Assembly (NCBI RefSeq): GCF_036321535.1
Contig: NC_087462.1
Span: forward strand, 10,230,001-10,294,000
Length of the DNA: 64,000 nt
Source of the DNA: Camelus dromedarius
Lineage: Eukaryota
Direction: 5' to 3'
The position numbers and the translations under genes are program-made. Of the stretch, positions 1 through 27,375 are shown piece after piece. Each line of letters starts with the position of its first letter. The stretch's first letter is position 1. Under the pieces are notes generated by a model that was not told where the DNA came from, searched no databases, and saw only the letters and a list, made by a program, of their open reading frames with translations.

Positions 1-16
1 TGGGAGAGTGATTAGA

Positions 17-122
17 TTTGTTTGTTTGTTTGTTTGTTTGTTTTAATGGAGGTCCTGGGGGTTGAACCCAGGACCTCATGCTTGCTGAGCATGCACTCTA
101 CTGCTGAGCTATGCCCTCCCCC
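17..122 (-). mobile_element. tRNA-derived SINE (Vic-1-like, camelid)
   Basis: Reverse complement reads GGGGGAGGGCATAGCTCAGCAGTAGAGTGCATGCTCAGCAAGCATGAGGTCCTGGGTTCAACCCCCAGGACCTCCA followed by an (AAAC)n tail: tRNA-Ala-like A and B boxes plus a simple-repeat tail. Confidence 0.8.
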
Positions 123-405
123 CAGGAAATTTCTTTTTGCACAGTGGCATATACAGTTGGTGCTCAACAGCCACACCAGACGTACCCAGTAGGCGCACTG
201 AGATGTTTGCCAAATTTGTAATAACTGCCCAAGACCCACTGGTTCTTTCAGCAATGTGATCGTGCACAGGAAGTGCTTTTCAATCCAAGGAGGGGTCAGG
301 CCACCTCAGGTGGAACCAAGTTCTGGGAGTGGGGGCAGGGGGCGGCAGGAGCAGCCAGGCACCGCGGGCCCCCCAGCCCTGAACCCACCACCTGCCTACC
401 CACAG

Positions 406-9595
<9,190 letters not shown>

Positions 9596-10544
9596 CCCCT
9601 CCTATGTGGCCTCTCCCTGGCCTGGAAGTCAAGCATTTTTGCAGAATGTTTTTTCCATAAATTGACACCTGGATAGAGACTGAGCCAACAGCCTATGACA
9701 CCTGGAAGATGAGAAGCCATGGAGGTTCTTACCAGGTGTAGACAGTGCCTCCCTCGTGTTCTGGAGTCGATCAGTCAGGGAGCCATAGGGGCAGGAGTGG
9801 GAGACTAGGGTGGCATTGTAAATAGCAGCAAATCCCTGCAACTAATTTATTACTTTTTATAAGCGATAGCCAGAGTGAGCTGCCACTGTTGAGGCGGCTG
9901 CCCAGGCCCTGCCCCATGTACCTGGGACCCATTTGCAGACCCTGCCCCCTGGGCTGAGAAGGAAGCACTTTGAAAAATCACGTGTGTTCATGTTTTCTGG
10001 TTTTTCTGTACTTTTAAAGTCTTTTTGTGTTACTTGATCCCATCCCTGACTCCAGACCCACTGATTCAAAGGGACACAGCCAAGCTTACCTGTCCAGGCC
10101 CAGTTTGGATTGGAGGGTCCATAAACAATACCCTCCACCACAAAACGAAGTAATCCTGATGATGGACTGCATTCTGAAGGCTACTTTCCACATCATAGCC
10201 TCTATGTAGGCCAGCCTTGCTAGTGTCTGCCTCCAGTCCTATAGGCTTGGGGTGTGTGGGAACTGGGGCTTTGATGTATGAATAGAAGTTCACCAGATCT
10301 AGACAGAGGGGTTGCCCTCTTCACAGGCAGACATTGATGCCCTGGAGGCAGAGGCCTCAAAGGTGCCGCCAGGGTAAATTGCCACCCTGGACAAGATTTT
10401 TTGTGTGTTTGATACACACCCGGGTGAGCCCTTACCCATGATGTGTCTAAAAATACCCCCTGGGGATTCCCTCCATGTGCCAGAGCCTTGCTAGGATGAA
10501 ATTCGAGTGAGAAAAATCCAACTAGGGGGCCAAGTTTGAACCTT

Positions 10545-10790
10545 GGCTTCACTGTTTGGCTCTGGGAACATGGCTTCCCTACTCTGTGCCTCAGTTTCCT
10601 TGTGTTTACAAAACTAATACCAGTAACTATTTATTAAGCACCTGTATGCCAAGTGCTTTTACTTGTGGCTTCTCCCTCAGCCAGCTTTGAAAAGGCTAGA
10701 GGTGGTGTTGTCATCCCCATTTTACAGACAAATAACTAAGGCCTAGCAAAGGGTGGAGACTTGTCCTGTGATTGCCTGGTAAAAGTCACA
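10545..10790. mobile_element. MIR SINE remnant(s) in the MAST3 3'UTR
   Basis: MIR core words ctctgtgcctcagtttcct and ccccattttacagac...aaggcctagc. Boundaries approximate. Confidence 0.55.
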
Positions 10791-11101
10791 CAGCCAGGCC
10801 CTGTCCTGGGCATTGTTATCAAGGGAGCTTGAATGGAGAATCTGATGTCAGATACAGCAGACTCCAGCTCTAGCTCTCTCCCCTGTAACGCTGTGTGACC
10901 CACTGGGCATCTGTGAGCCTCCATTTCCCATTTGGAGGTGGCAAGCAAGATCAGCATGCCCCACATGGTGAGGGCACTTTCCAGGCACTGCAGACCGCTC
11001 TGCATTCCTTCTGAAGACACCTGCCCAGCACTGCCTGGTGTTGGAGCTAGACCAAGGCTGTGCATGACTTGCTCCCACCTCCTATCCTGGAGCTGACAGT
11101 G

Positions 11102-11107
11102 AATAAA
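11102..11107 (+). terminator. Candidate proximal MAST3 poly(A) signal
   Basis: AATAAA about 1.5 kb after the MAST3 stop codon. Confidence 0.45.
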
Positions 11108-11377
11108 AGCTCACATTTACAAAGAAGAGTTCCAATGTCTGGATTTGTGAGGGGCCAAGAAAAGGGGAAGGGATCAGTGAGTGAGGTGCGGGCAGGATGA
11201 AAACAGACCCTTGGCTCAAAGTCACCTGAGATGGGATTTGAAGGCTGCTGGAAGTACACTACTGAGATTTTTCCTGGTGCCTTCTCCGATCCTGGCTTCC
11301 ACCTGCCCTCTCTGGGAGTACCCATCACAGGCTAAAAGCTTCATCTAGACACCAATCTGGGGCCCTGAAGCTGTGTT

Positions 11378-11387
11378 AATAAATAAA
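11378..11387 (+). terminator. MAST3 distal poly(A) signal (overlapping AATAAA x2)
   Basis: gttAATAAATAAATAAgcc followed by a T-rich downstream element at ~11405-11455. Confidence 0.65.
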
Positions 11388-12019
11388 TAAGCCATCTTTC
11401 TGACCTTTTAAATTTTTTTAAACATTAGAAAGTATTTTTAATTTTTTTACTTTATGTACTTCTTACACTGGTCTTTTCTTGGCCTGTGCCCTAAAATTCC
11501 CCCCACCCCCTTCCGAACCCAGCGTAGCCTGAGCGCATTCGGTTACTTCCTGAGTGCTCCAAAGGGTCGGAACCCTTTGGCCACACCCCCTGTTTCCGAG
11601 TGTCTTCGGTCATTTCCGGAAACAGTCGTCTGCATCTGGGCCCCCGCTATTACTCCCTGCCAGCCCGAGTTCAGCTGTTTCCGGATGCTCTGGGCTAGCA
11701 TAGAAACCCCGGCTTTCAACCCCGGCTCCTTCTCGGCCTTCAGTTTGTTTCCTGAAAAGCTCATCTGTCTGTGGCGAGCCCATTCCCCACAACTCCGCCG
11801 CCTTCAATTCCTTGAGTTCGGGGCCGCTCACCCGCCCTCTGGAGCCGTCCGTGCTTCGGCAGTTTCCGGAAGTTGGTGGTCACCTCTGGATCTAAGTTCC
11901 CAGGGTCTCATTTGGGACCAACCACACTTGGTTCTATCACAAAGTCTCAGGGCCCAGCCTCTGTTCTGCTAGTCCGGCTGGAACGCGCTCGGCCATTTCC
12001 GGAACCTCTCGGACGTCTC

Positions 12020-12069
12020 AGCCCAGCCGAGTCTAGCCGAGCCCAGCCGAGCCTAGCCGAGCCCAGCCT
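12020..12069. repeat. Pentamer/decamer tandem repeat in the PIK3R2 promoter
   Basis: agccc agccg agtct agccg agccc agccg agcct agccg agccc agcct; CpG at 12028, 12038, 12048, 12058. Confidence 0.9.
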
Positions 12070-12279
12070 CGAGATCACTCATATGACCCGATTGCGCTCG
12101 GTTGTTTCCGGAAATGATCGATTATCTCGGGGCACCGTCCCCCTTTACCCTCCAGTCCCGCGGGAGTATACTCGGCTCTTTCCGGAAACACTCGGTTGTC
12201 CCCAGGCTCCGCCTCGGCCTCGCTTCACCCGCTCGGCCCGAGTACGCTCGGCAGTTTCCGCCGGGGGCGGGCCCGACCG

Positions 12280-12390
12280 TTCGGAACCGCGGCAGCGGCG
12301 GCGGAGGCGGGGATCCCGCGGCTGCGGCGACGGCGTCCGTGGTATAGCCACGGGTCGGGCTCCGCTCTGCGTGACGGTGGCCTCGACCAG
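12280..12390 (+). other. PIK3R2: PIK3R2 non-coding exon 1 (start approximate)
   Basis: Consensus donor CAG|GTAAGT at 12390/12391 at the end of the GC-rich leader; next acceptor cccctag| at 14200/14201. Confidence 0.75.
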
Positions 12391-14220
12391 GTAAGTCCGG
12401 GCTGGTCCGCGTGGCAGGTGGGGCTGGGGGTGCACTCAAATGCGGGGCGCCCAGGCAAAGTGTGGGGCCACGGTGGAAGCCAGAATGCGAGCCGGGCTGC
12501 ATCGGGCCCCGCGGGAAAGGGGGCCGCAGGGAGCAGGAGGCCTCGGGCTCGACCTGGCTGCAGTGCAATCTGCCCCGGACGATGGTGGCGGAACGGGGAC
12601 CCTAGGCAGAAATAAGGGGTTGGAGCCGCGGCCCTGAATTGAGGGAGGCCCTGCCGGGAGTGGGGCATCGAGCAGTAATGAGGGGCGCCCAGGCATTGTG
12701 TGGGGCATAGTGGGGTGCAAGACAGCAAAGGGTCGACTCTACTTCCGTCCCCTTGGATGGGCTAGGGATTCACGCAGGCCCGAGTGCGCGTCTGCACACG
12801 CGTGAGCGCACAGGCCCTGCGTCCAGCCACTGAGCCCCCAGCCAGGCCTGGCCCTTCCACGCAGCCTCTTGGATTCGGGGAGCGCTGGCTCCCCGGCGCG
12901 CACACCGGGGCGTGTGCAGACGTGTGCACGCCGGGATGCGGAGGCGGGCAGGCAAGCGGATTCAGGCGGTTTCCTGGACGTCCCCTCACTGGGCCTCAGT
13001 TTCCCCATCTGCGGAGTAAGGGTATGGGGGCCAAGGAGCGGGTGAGTTGCAGCGCCCTGGAATGTGGAGCTTCTGCTCTGGTTTGGACACCTCTAGTGGC
13101 TTCCCGTGGTCGGAGATAAAGCCTGAGCCTCTGCCTGGCACTCGAGGCCCAGCATGGGCTTCGGCTTTCTTAAAGCTACCTGGAACTCTTGGCAAGCATT
13201 TCTTGCTGTCAAGCCTTTGCATGTACTATTTTTCCTCTGGCCAGTGCCCACTCCCGTCCCCTGTGAGGACCCGCCCTCTAGAAAAGCACCATCCCCCCAC
13301 CCCAAAACCTCTCAGAAGAACTGAACCTACAGGGCTAAGATTGGGAGTGTGTCTGTGCTGGGCTGTGTCTCCCTGAGACTGGGGACTTCTAGGGGGTGAT
13401 CATTGCTCTGAATCTGGCAGCCTCCCCCTTAGCAGCTGCAATGACCTCCTCCCATCTACCCTTTCCTGGCTCCATGTCTACCCTGGGGCTAAGGTCTTCT
13501 TGGCCTCCTACCAACCCCCTTCATTTTTGAGTACCTACTCTTGGCCCCAAGCTGAGCCCTGGACACCACTCGCTGCCACCTATTGCTCCATTCCCTCCTT
13601 CCCTGCAGAGATCAGAGATCCATTTATTTGGACTCACCTCTAGGCCTTTGCTTGTGCTGGGGCCTCTGCCTGGACCTCCTCTCCCACACTGTTTGGCCCC
13701 TGCTGCCTCCTTCTGTGCTCACCTGGCCTGATGTCTCTCCAGGGCTCCCACAGCACCCTGAGCATCCCCCATCACGCACTACCTGCTCTGGGTATGACTA
13801 TCTGGCCACATGCCTGCTGCCTCCTCTCATCCGCCCTGGGCTTTGTAAAGTTGGGCAGATCTGAGTTTTTGAGTCCTGGCTTCCTAACAAGGAAGTGGTC
13901 CAACAAAGACCTCCCTGCTCAGAGCCTTAGTTTCCCGCAGGGGCAATGAAGAGCTTGTTTCCTGAGCATGCAGTATGCCTGAAGTAGGTTCTTGGGAGCT
14001 CTGCTCCCAACAGCCTCAAAGGAGTGCTGTTATTGCACCCATTTTACAGCTGGGGAAACTGGGGCCCAGAGAGGGACAGGAACTGGCCCAAGTTTACCTA
14101 GTGAGTCCAGGGATTTGAACCTGGGATTTGGCCAGGTTCTCTCAGGTGGAGGTGACAGGAGTCCAAACTAGCTAATGCTGCCCTGCCCCTCTCCCCCTAG
14201 GTCAGCATCCCGAGCCGAGC

Positions 14221-14313
14221 ATGGTGACAGCCTGTGCCCCCGGCCCCCTCGCCTGGCGCAGCTGGAAGAGCCGCCAGCCTCGGGAGCCGATGGGCCCCCA
14301 CGTGAGGGAGTGA
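14221..14313 (+). other. Upstream ORF (30 aa) in PIK3R2 5'UTR, strong Kozak context
   Basis: agcATGG (A at -3, G at +4); MVTACAPGPLAWRSWKSRQPREPMGPHVRE-TGA, within exon 2 upstream of the main ATG. Confidence 0.5.
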
Positions 14314-14514
14314 GCAGTCTGGCCCAACCCTACAGATTGAGGGGGGACGCAGCGGCTGAGCGACCCGAGATCACGCTGCCGACCCCCTCCCACCAGTTGA
14401 ATGGTGGACCAAGCAACGAGTGACCCTTGTCAGGGTCACGGAGTAATGGTGGGAAGCAAGGTGTAAGCATCCCCTGTGGTCACCTGTAACTTCTTGGTGG
14501 AAATAGAGGTCTGA

Positions 14515-23763
<9,249 letters not shown>

Positions 23764-24431
23764 CGGCTGAGCAAGAGCAAGAGACCTGTCCCGGAGCTGA
23801 GCTGCCCCCAAGCTGGAGGCTGGGCTAGCGACGGCATCCCAGGTCTCCATCTTTCTGAATCTGTCTCTTCTTTCTTGGGTTTTCTCTGTATCTCTTCCTG
23901 TCTGTTTTTCTCTCCATCTCTCTTTCTCAGAGCCTCTCTCCATTTCCCCTTGTCACCCTTTGTCACTTTCTAGCGCCATCTGTCTGTCTGTTCTTTCTCT
24001 CTTGGTCTCTGTCCCTCTGTGTATCTGTGCTGGGGGGTCCTGCCTCCCCTACTCCATACTCTCCTTCCCCTGCCTCCTTACAGAGGCACTGCCCTGCCTA
24101 CGGCTCTGGCCACCCACGACCCTGTGCCCTGCCCCCCACAGGCTCCTGGGGTCCCCAAAGCCCCACCTGGCTGCACCTGCCATGTTTACAGAGGCCCCCA
24201 GGCTGCGTGGCCCCAGCCTGGGTTCCCCGATTTTTAAGCCATAGACCTGGGGTCAGGGCAGGAAGGAACTTCGCTCAGCCACTTCCAAGAACCTCAGCCG
24301 TGACATCTGGGGCCAGGCGGGACCTGCCCCACAGACCCCAACTTCTCCTTCAAACCCTGAAGTGAAACCTGACACTGGGTTATCCCCACAATGGGGCTGC
24401 TGCCAAGAAGTGACCCCCAAAAAGGAAAATA

Positions 24432-24443
24432 ATTAAAAATAAA
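24432..24443 (+). terminator. PIK3R2 proximal poly(A) signal candidate (ATTAAA + AATAAA)
   Basis: aATTAAAAATAAActc about 670 nt after the stop codon. Confidence 0.45.
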
Positions 24444-24710
24444 CTCATGAGCTGACCCCAGGCTTCCCAGGAATCGAGGCCCCAGCACATCCGGGGCGGC
24501 CAACACGCAGCACTGCCCACAGCACCTCCACTTGACACAGACTCAAGGCTTCTCGATCATGTTGGGTTCTGATTTTATTTTTCCTTAATTGTATGTAAAG
24601 CCCTTTTTTCTCTCCTCTTTTGGGACAAGAGCCCTGGTTTTCTACGCTACCACGGAACACCCCCCCGCCACCTCCTGCCTGCCTGGCTAGGCTGGTAGGC
24701 AGGTTTTGTA

Positions 24711-24717
24711 TGGTACG
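24711..24717 (+). promoter_or_regulatory. miR-126-3p target site in PIK3R2 3'UTR (6mer seed match with G:U at position 8)
   Basis: ggttttgtaTGGTACGttg; GGTACG complements miR-126-3p nt 2-7; PIK3R2 is an established miR-126 target. Confidence 0.7.
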
Positions 24718-24733
24718 TTGATACTGATATGGA

Positions 24734-24739
24734 TATAAA
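24734..24739 (+). terminator. PIK3R2 distal poly(A) signal candidate (variant TATAAA)
   Basis: gaTATAAAacatt followed by GU/U-rich tctgtttttggtg at ~24761-24773. Confidence 0.5.
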
Positions 24740-27089
24740 ACATTGAACATGGTGGAGGCTTCTGTTTTTGGTGACAGGCTTCTCTTTGGCTCTGGGTTGC
24801 CAAGTGGGGACCTACAACTCGTGCCTCCTCCCCACCTCCACACCCCCACCATAGTTTAGATGCTCTTGACCAGAGAAGTTGAGAGACCTGCCCGAGGTCA
24901 CAGCAGAGAGGCTGAGACCCCAAGCCCTGCGCCCTACCCTGGCTTGCTCAGGGGACCTCAGACCCTGGACCAGCTAATCACTGGTCCCTGGGCTTGAGTT
25001 TTGGCACTCAGCCACCAGCCCTGCACTCCAAAAGACACTCCCCTCTGATGTGCAGCTTCCTTGTTGTCAGGCAGGGTCACTAGTCACAGCCCTTCCCATG
25101 CCACCCACATGGGTCACCCATATCCTTGATGCCCCCAGTGCCAGCCCCTCCCTGCTGACCTTCCACTGAGCCTCTCTCCATGCCTGCTCCTGACACTCAT
25201 TCTGCGATGTCCCAGGCGACAGAGCTGGGTCTTCAGGGTGTCTTTGACCTGGACTCAAGTTCACCCCCACCCCAAGGGCTGTCCCTCAGCCCTCCTCTCC
25301 CACACCCCCAGGGCTGGGAACCTTCTCTCCTTCCCCCTCCTTATTACAGCACCTGGCAGGACCCAACAACCCTGAAGCAGCCCCTGGGTGGATGAGAACC
25401 AGGCTGCCCCTGACCCATCTCCCACTGGGCTCTCAGAGGGACAGGAATTGCCTCCTTGGCCTCAGAGATCCCATCCTTACCCGCTGTGTGGCCAGTCAGG
25501 AGGCATCCCCTAAATAACTCCAGCCCAGACTCTACCCTCACTGTGGTCCGCACCCTCGACATGGGTGGACACGGGGTAAAGCTCACTCACCTCAGTCCCA
25601 TAAGCCCAGCAAGGCAGAACCTGGGAGCAGAAGAAAATAGCACACGCAGCCTCTAGCCAGTCCCCACACTCAACCGTGTTTCCTCGGAAACGTCACCTCC
25701 CCTCTCTGAGCCTCAGTTTCCTCTTACCAAGCTAGGTCAAGAGTTGCTACTCCTGCCCCGAGTGGATGTCTCAGGATTCTATGATAAAATGGGTAAGGTT
25801 GTTTTTGGATTTGTCCATTAGAGCTGGTGCTTAATAACTACTGGGAAAATTGTGGCAATGATATTTATTGTCATTTCTTCTGTACAGTCCAGCACAGGAT
25901 GGAGCACACACTAAACTAACAAAGCTGTGTGGCTTAGTCTCGCAGAGGCTTCATAAAGGACATGAGTTTTGCGAAGGGCTCAAAAGGCTGGGATGGGGGA
26001 TTGTCCAGCCATGGGGACTTCAGGGGAACCCCAGCTTCCCAACCTGTTACTATGAACGTGGCTACGCAGTCTAGAACTGGCGGGAGATACAAGCTGTGGA
26101 GCTGAGGACTGGGCTGTTTTCTGGGCCAGGAATGGGTGTTTCTTCCTGCCAGATCTGGTCATAAGTCACGCCTGGCATTTAAGGCCCTGCAAAGTCTGAT
26201 CAGCTCAGTTACTCCCTCAACACCTCCAGTCTCCAAGCCTTCATCCAGGCTATTCTCTCTGGGTGTAGTATCAACACCTTCCCAGGCTCACAAACCCAGC
26301 TGTCCCACCCCTGATCCCAATCTGGGGCAACCCTCCCTCTACCTCTGAGCCCTCCAGGCTTGCTTTATTCCCTCAGCCTCACTTCCCCTATTTTACAGAA
26401 GGGGAAGTTGAGGCTTCATCACTTGAGGTACCCAGCATTCCCGGGCAAACCTGGGTCTGGCTGATTCCTGTGGGTTTGAGTCCAACATGGCCAATCCGCA
26501 ACCCCCACCCCATATACAGGCTTCAGAGAGTGATAGCTCCAACCTGGATTCTCTCCTGCGAGGGAACTCACTGTGAGAGCAGCAATGCCCCCCTTCTCAA
26601 GCCTTGGATGGTGGAAAGAAGGAACAGCTAATTTCTTCTCCCTCCACCCACAGCCAGAGGTGGGGGTCCAAGTGAAGCGAGGCGCCGCTCCCTGAGCTGG
26701 CTTCTGCTTTCTGGTCCAGCTGCAGCCAAGTCTGAGTCAGCCCCACGGGACCTGGACTTTGCTGGTGGATCTAGAGTGTTGGGGCTGGGGAGCCTGAGGA
26801 GGGGAGGGGCTGAAAGTTGGGGATGAGGGAGGGCCTGGGCCACGCTCGGGGGAGGGGGCCTGGGCTGCACAGCCCCTGCCCACTCCTAGGCAAGTGATGG
26901 CCCCCCTCCACCCCACCCCATCCCAGCACTGGGTGGGGAGGTGGGGTCCCTGGGCTGGGCCAGGGGCCTGGATCACCCTGGCTACCCCTAGAGGGATCCG
27001 TGGGGCCATAGAGACCCTCCTATCTCCCAGTCTCTCTGTGACTCTGTCTCTAAGCCCCCACCTCATCTCTGTTCAAGGTGCCTGAGCCC

Positions 27090-27375
27090 CAGCCTCACGT
27101 GACTGGGCGGGGCTGATCGTGGGGAAGGGTTGGGGGGATCGAAGGGCAGCCCGTTGTCCAGGAGATCAGAGGCCCAGCACCTGGCAGGGGTGCGGGTGGG
27201 GGTCGGGTTGGAAAGAGACTCGGAGAAGAAGAGATACCCAGAGACGCGGCCCGGCCTCCGAGGGGCGTGGGCCCCAGGAGGCGGGTCCGGCCTGGGGGCT
27301 GGGCCATCGCCGGGTTAAAGGCGGCTCCTTCCCCGCGGCCGCTGCTCCCGGCGTCGCACGTTTGTCCCCGCTGTG
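27090..27375 (+). promoter_or_regulatory. IFI30 GC-rich promoter/5'UTR
   Basis: CpG-rich, GC box ggcggg at ~27281, TATA-like TTAAAG at ~27315 upstream of the ATG. Confidence 0.6.

Larger units (their letters stand above)
11500..12960 (+). promoter_or_regulatory. PIK3R2 CpG-island promoter with repeated TCGG-N3-TTTCCGGAA (DEAF1/ETS-like) sites
   Basis: High CpG density, no TATA; CCGGAAGT ETS core at 11866-11873; composite motif starting at 11606, 11856, 11989, 12098, 12172. Confidence 0.8.

Noticed and set aside
17-122. tRNA-like sequences (also 3968, 17471, 21002) as tRNA genes
   Set aside because: Degenerate cloverleaf, simple-repeat or poly(A) tails and TSDs identify them as SINE copies.
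9817-10980. Pumilio element (9817) and miR-17/302-type seeds (9965, 10974) in the MAST3 3'UTR
   Set aside because: 7-8-mers are expected by chance in a 1.8-kb UTR; conservation could not be assessed here.
12020-12069. Short repeat arrays (here and 56491-56690) as CRISPR-like systems
   Set aside because: Units are 5-10 bp without unique spacers, no cas genes, mammalian context.
27090-27300. G-quadruplex-capable runs near IFI30 and elsewhere
   Set aside because: Ubiquitous in this high-GC region; none stands out.
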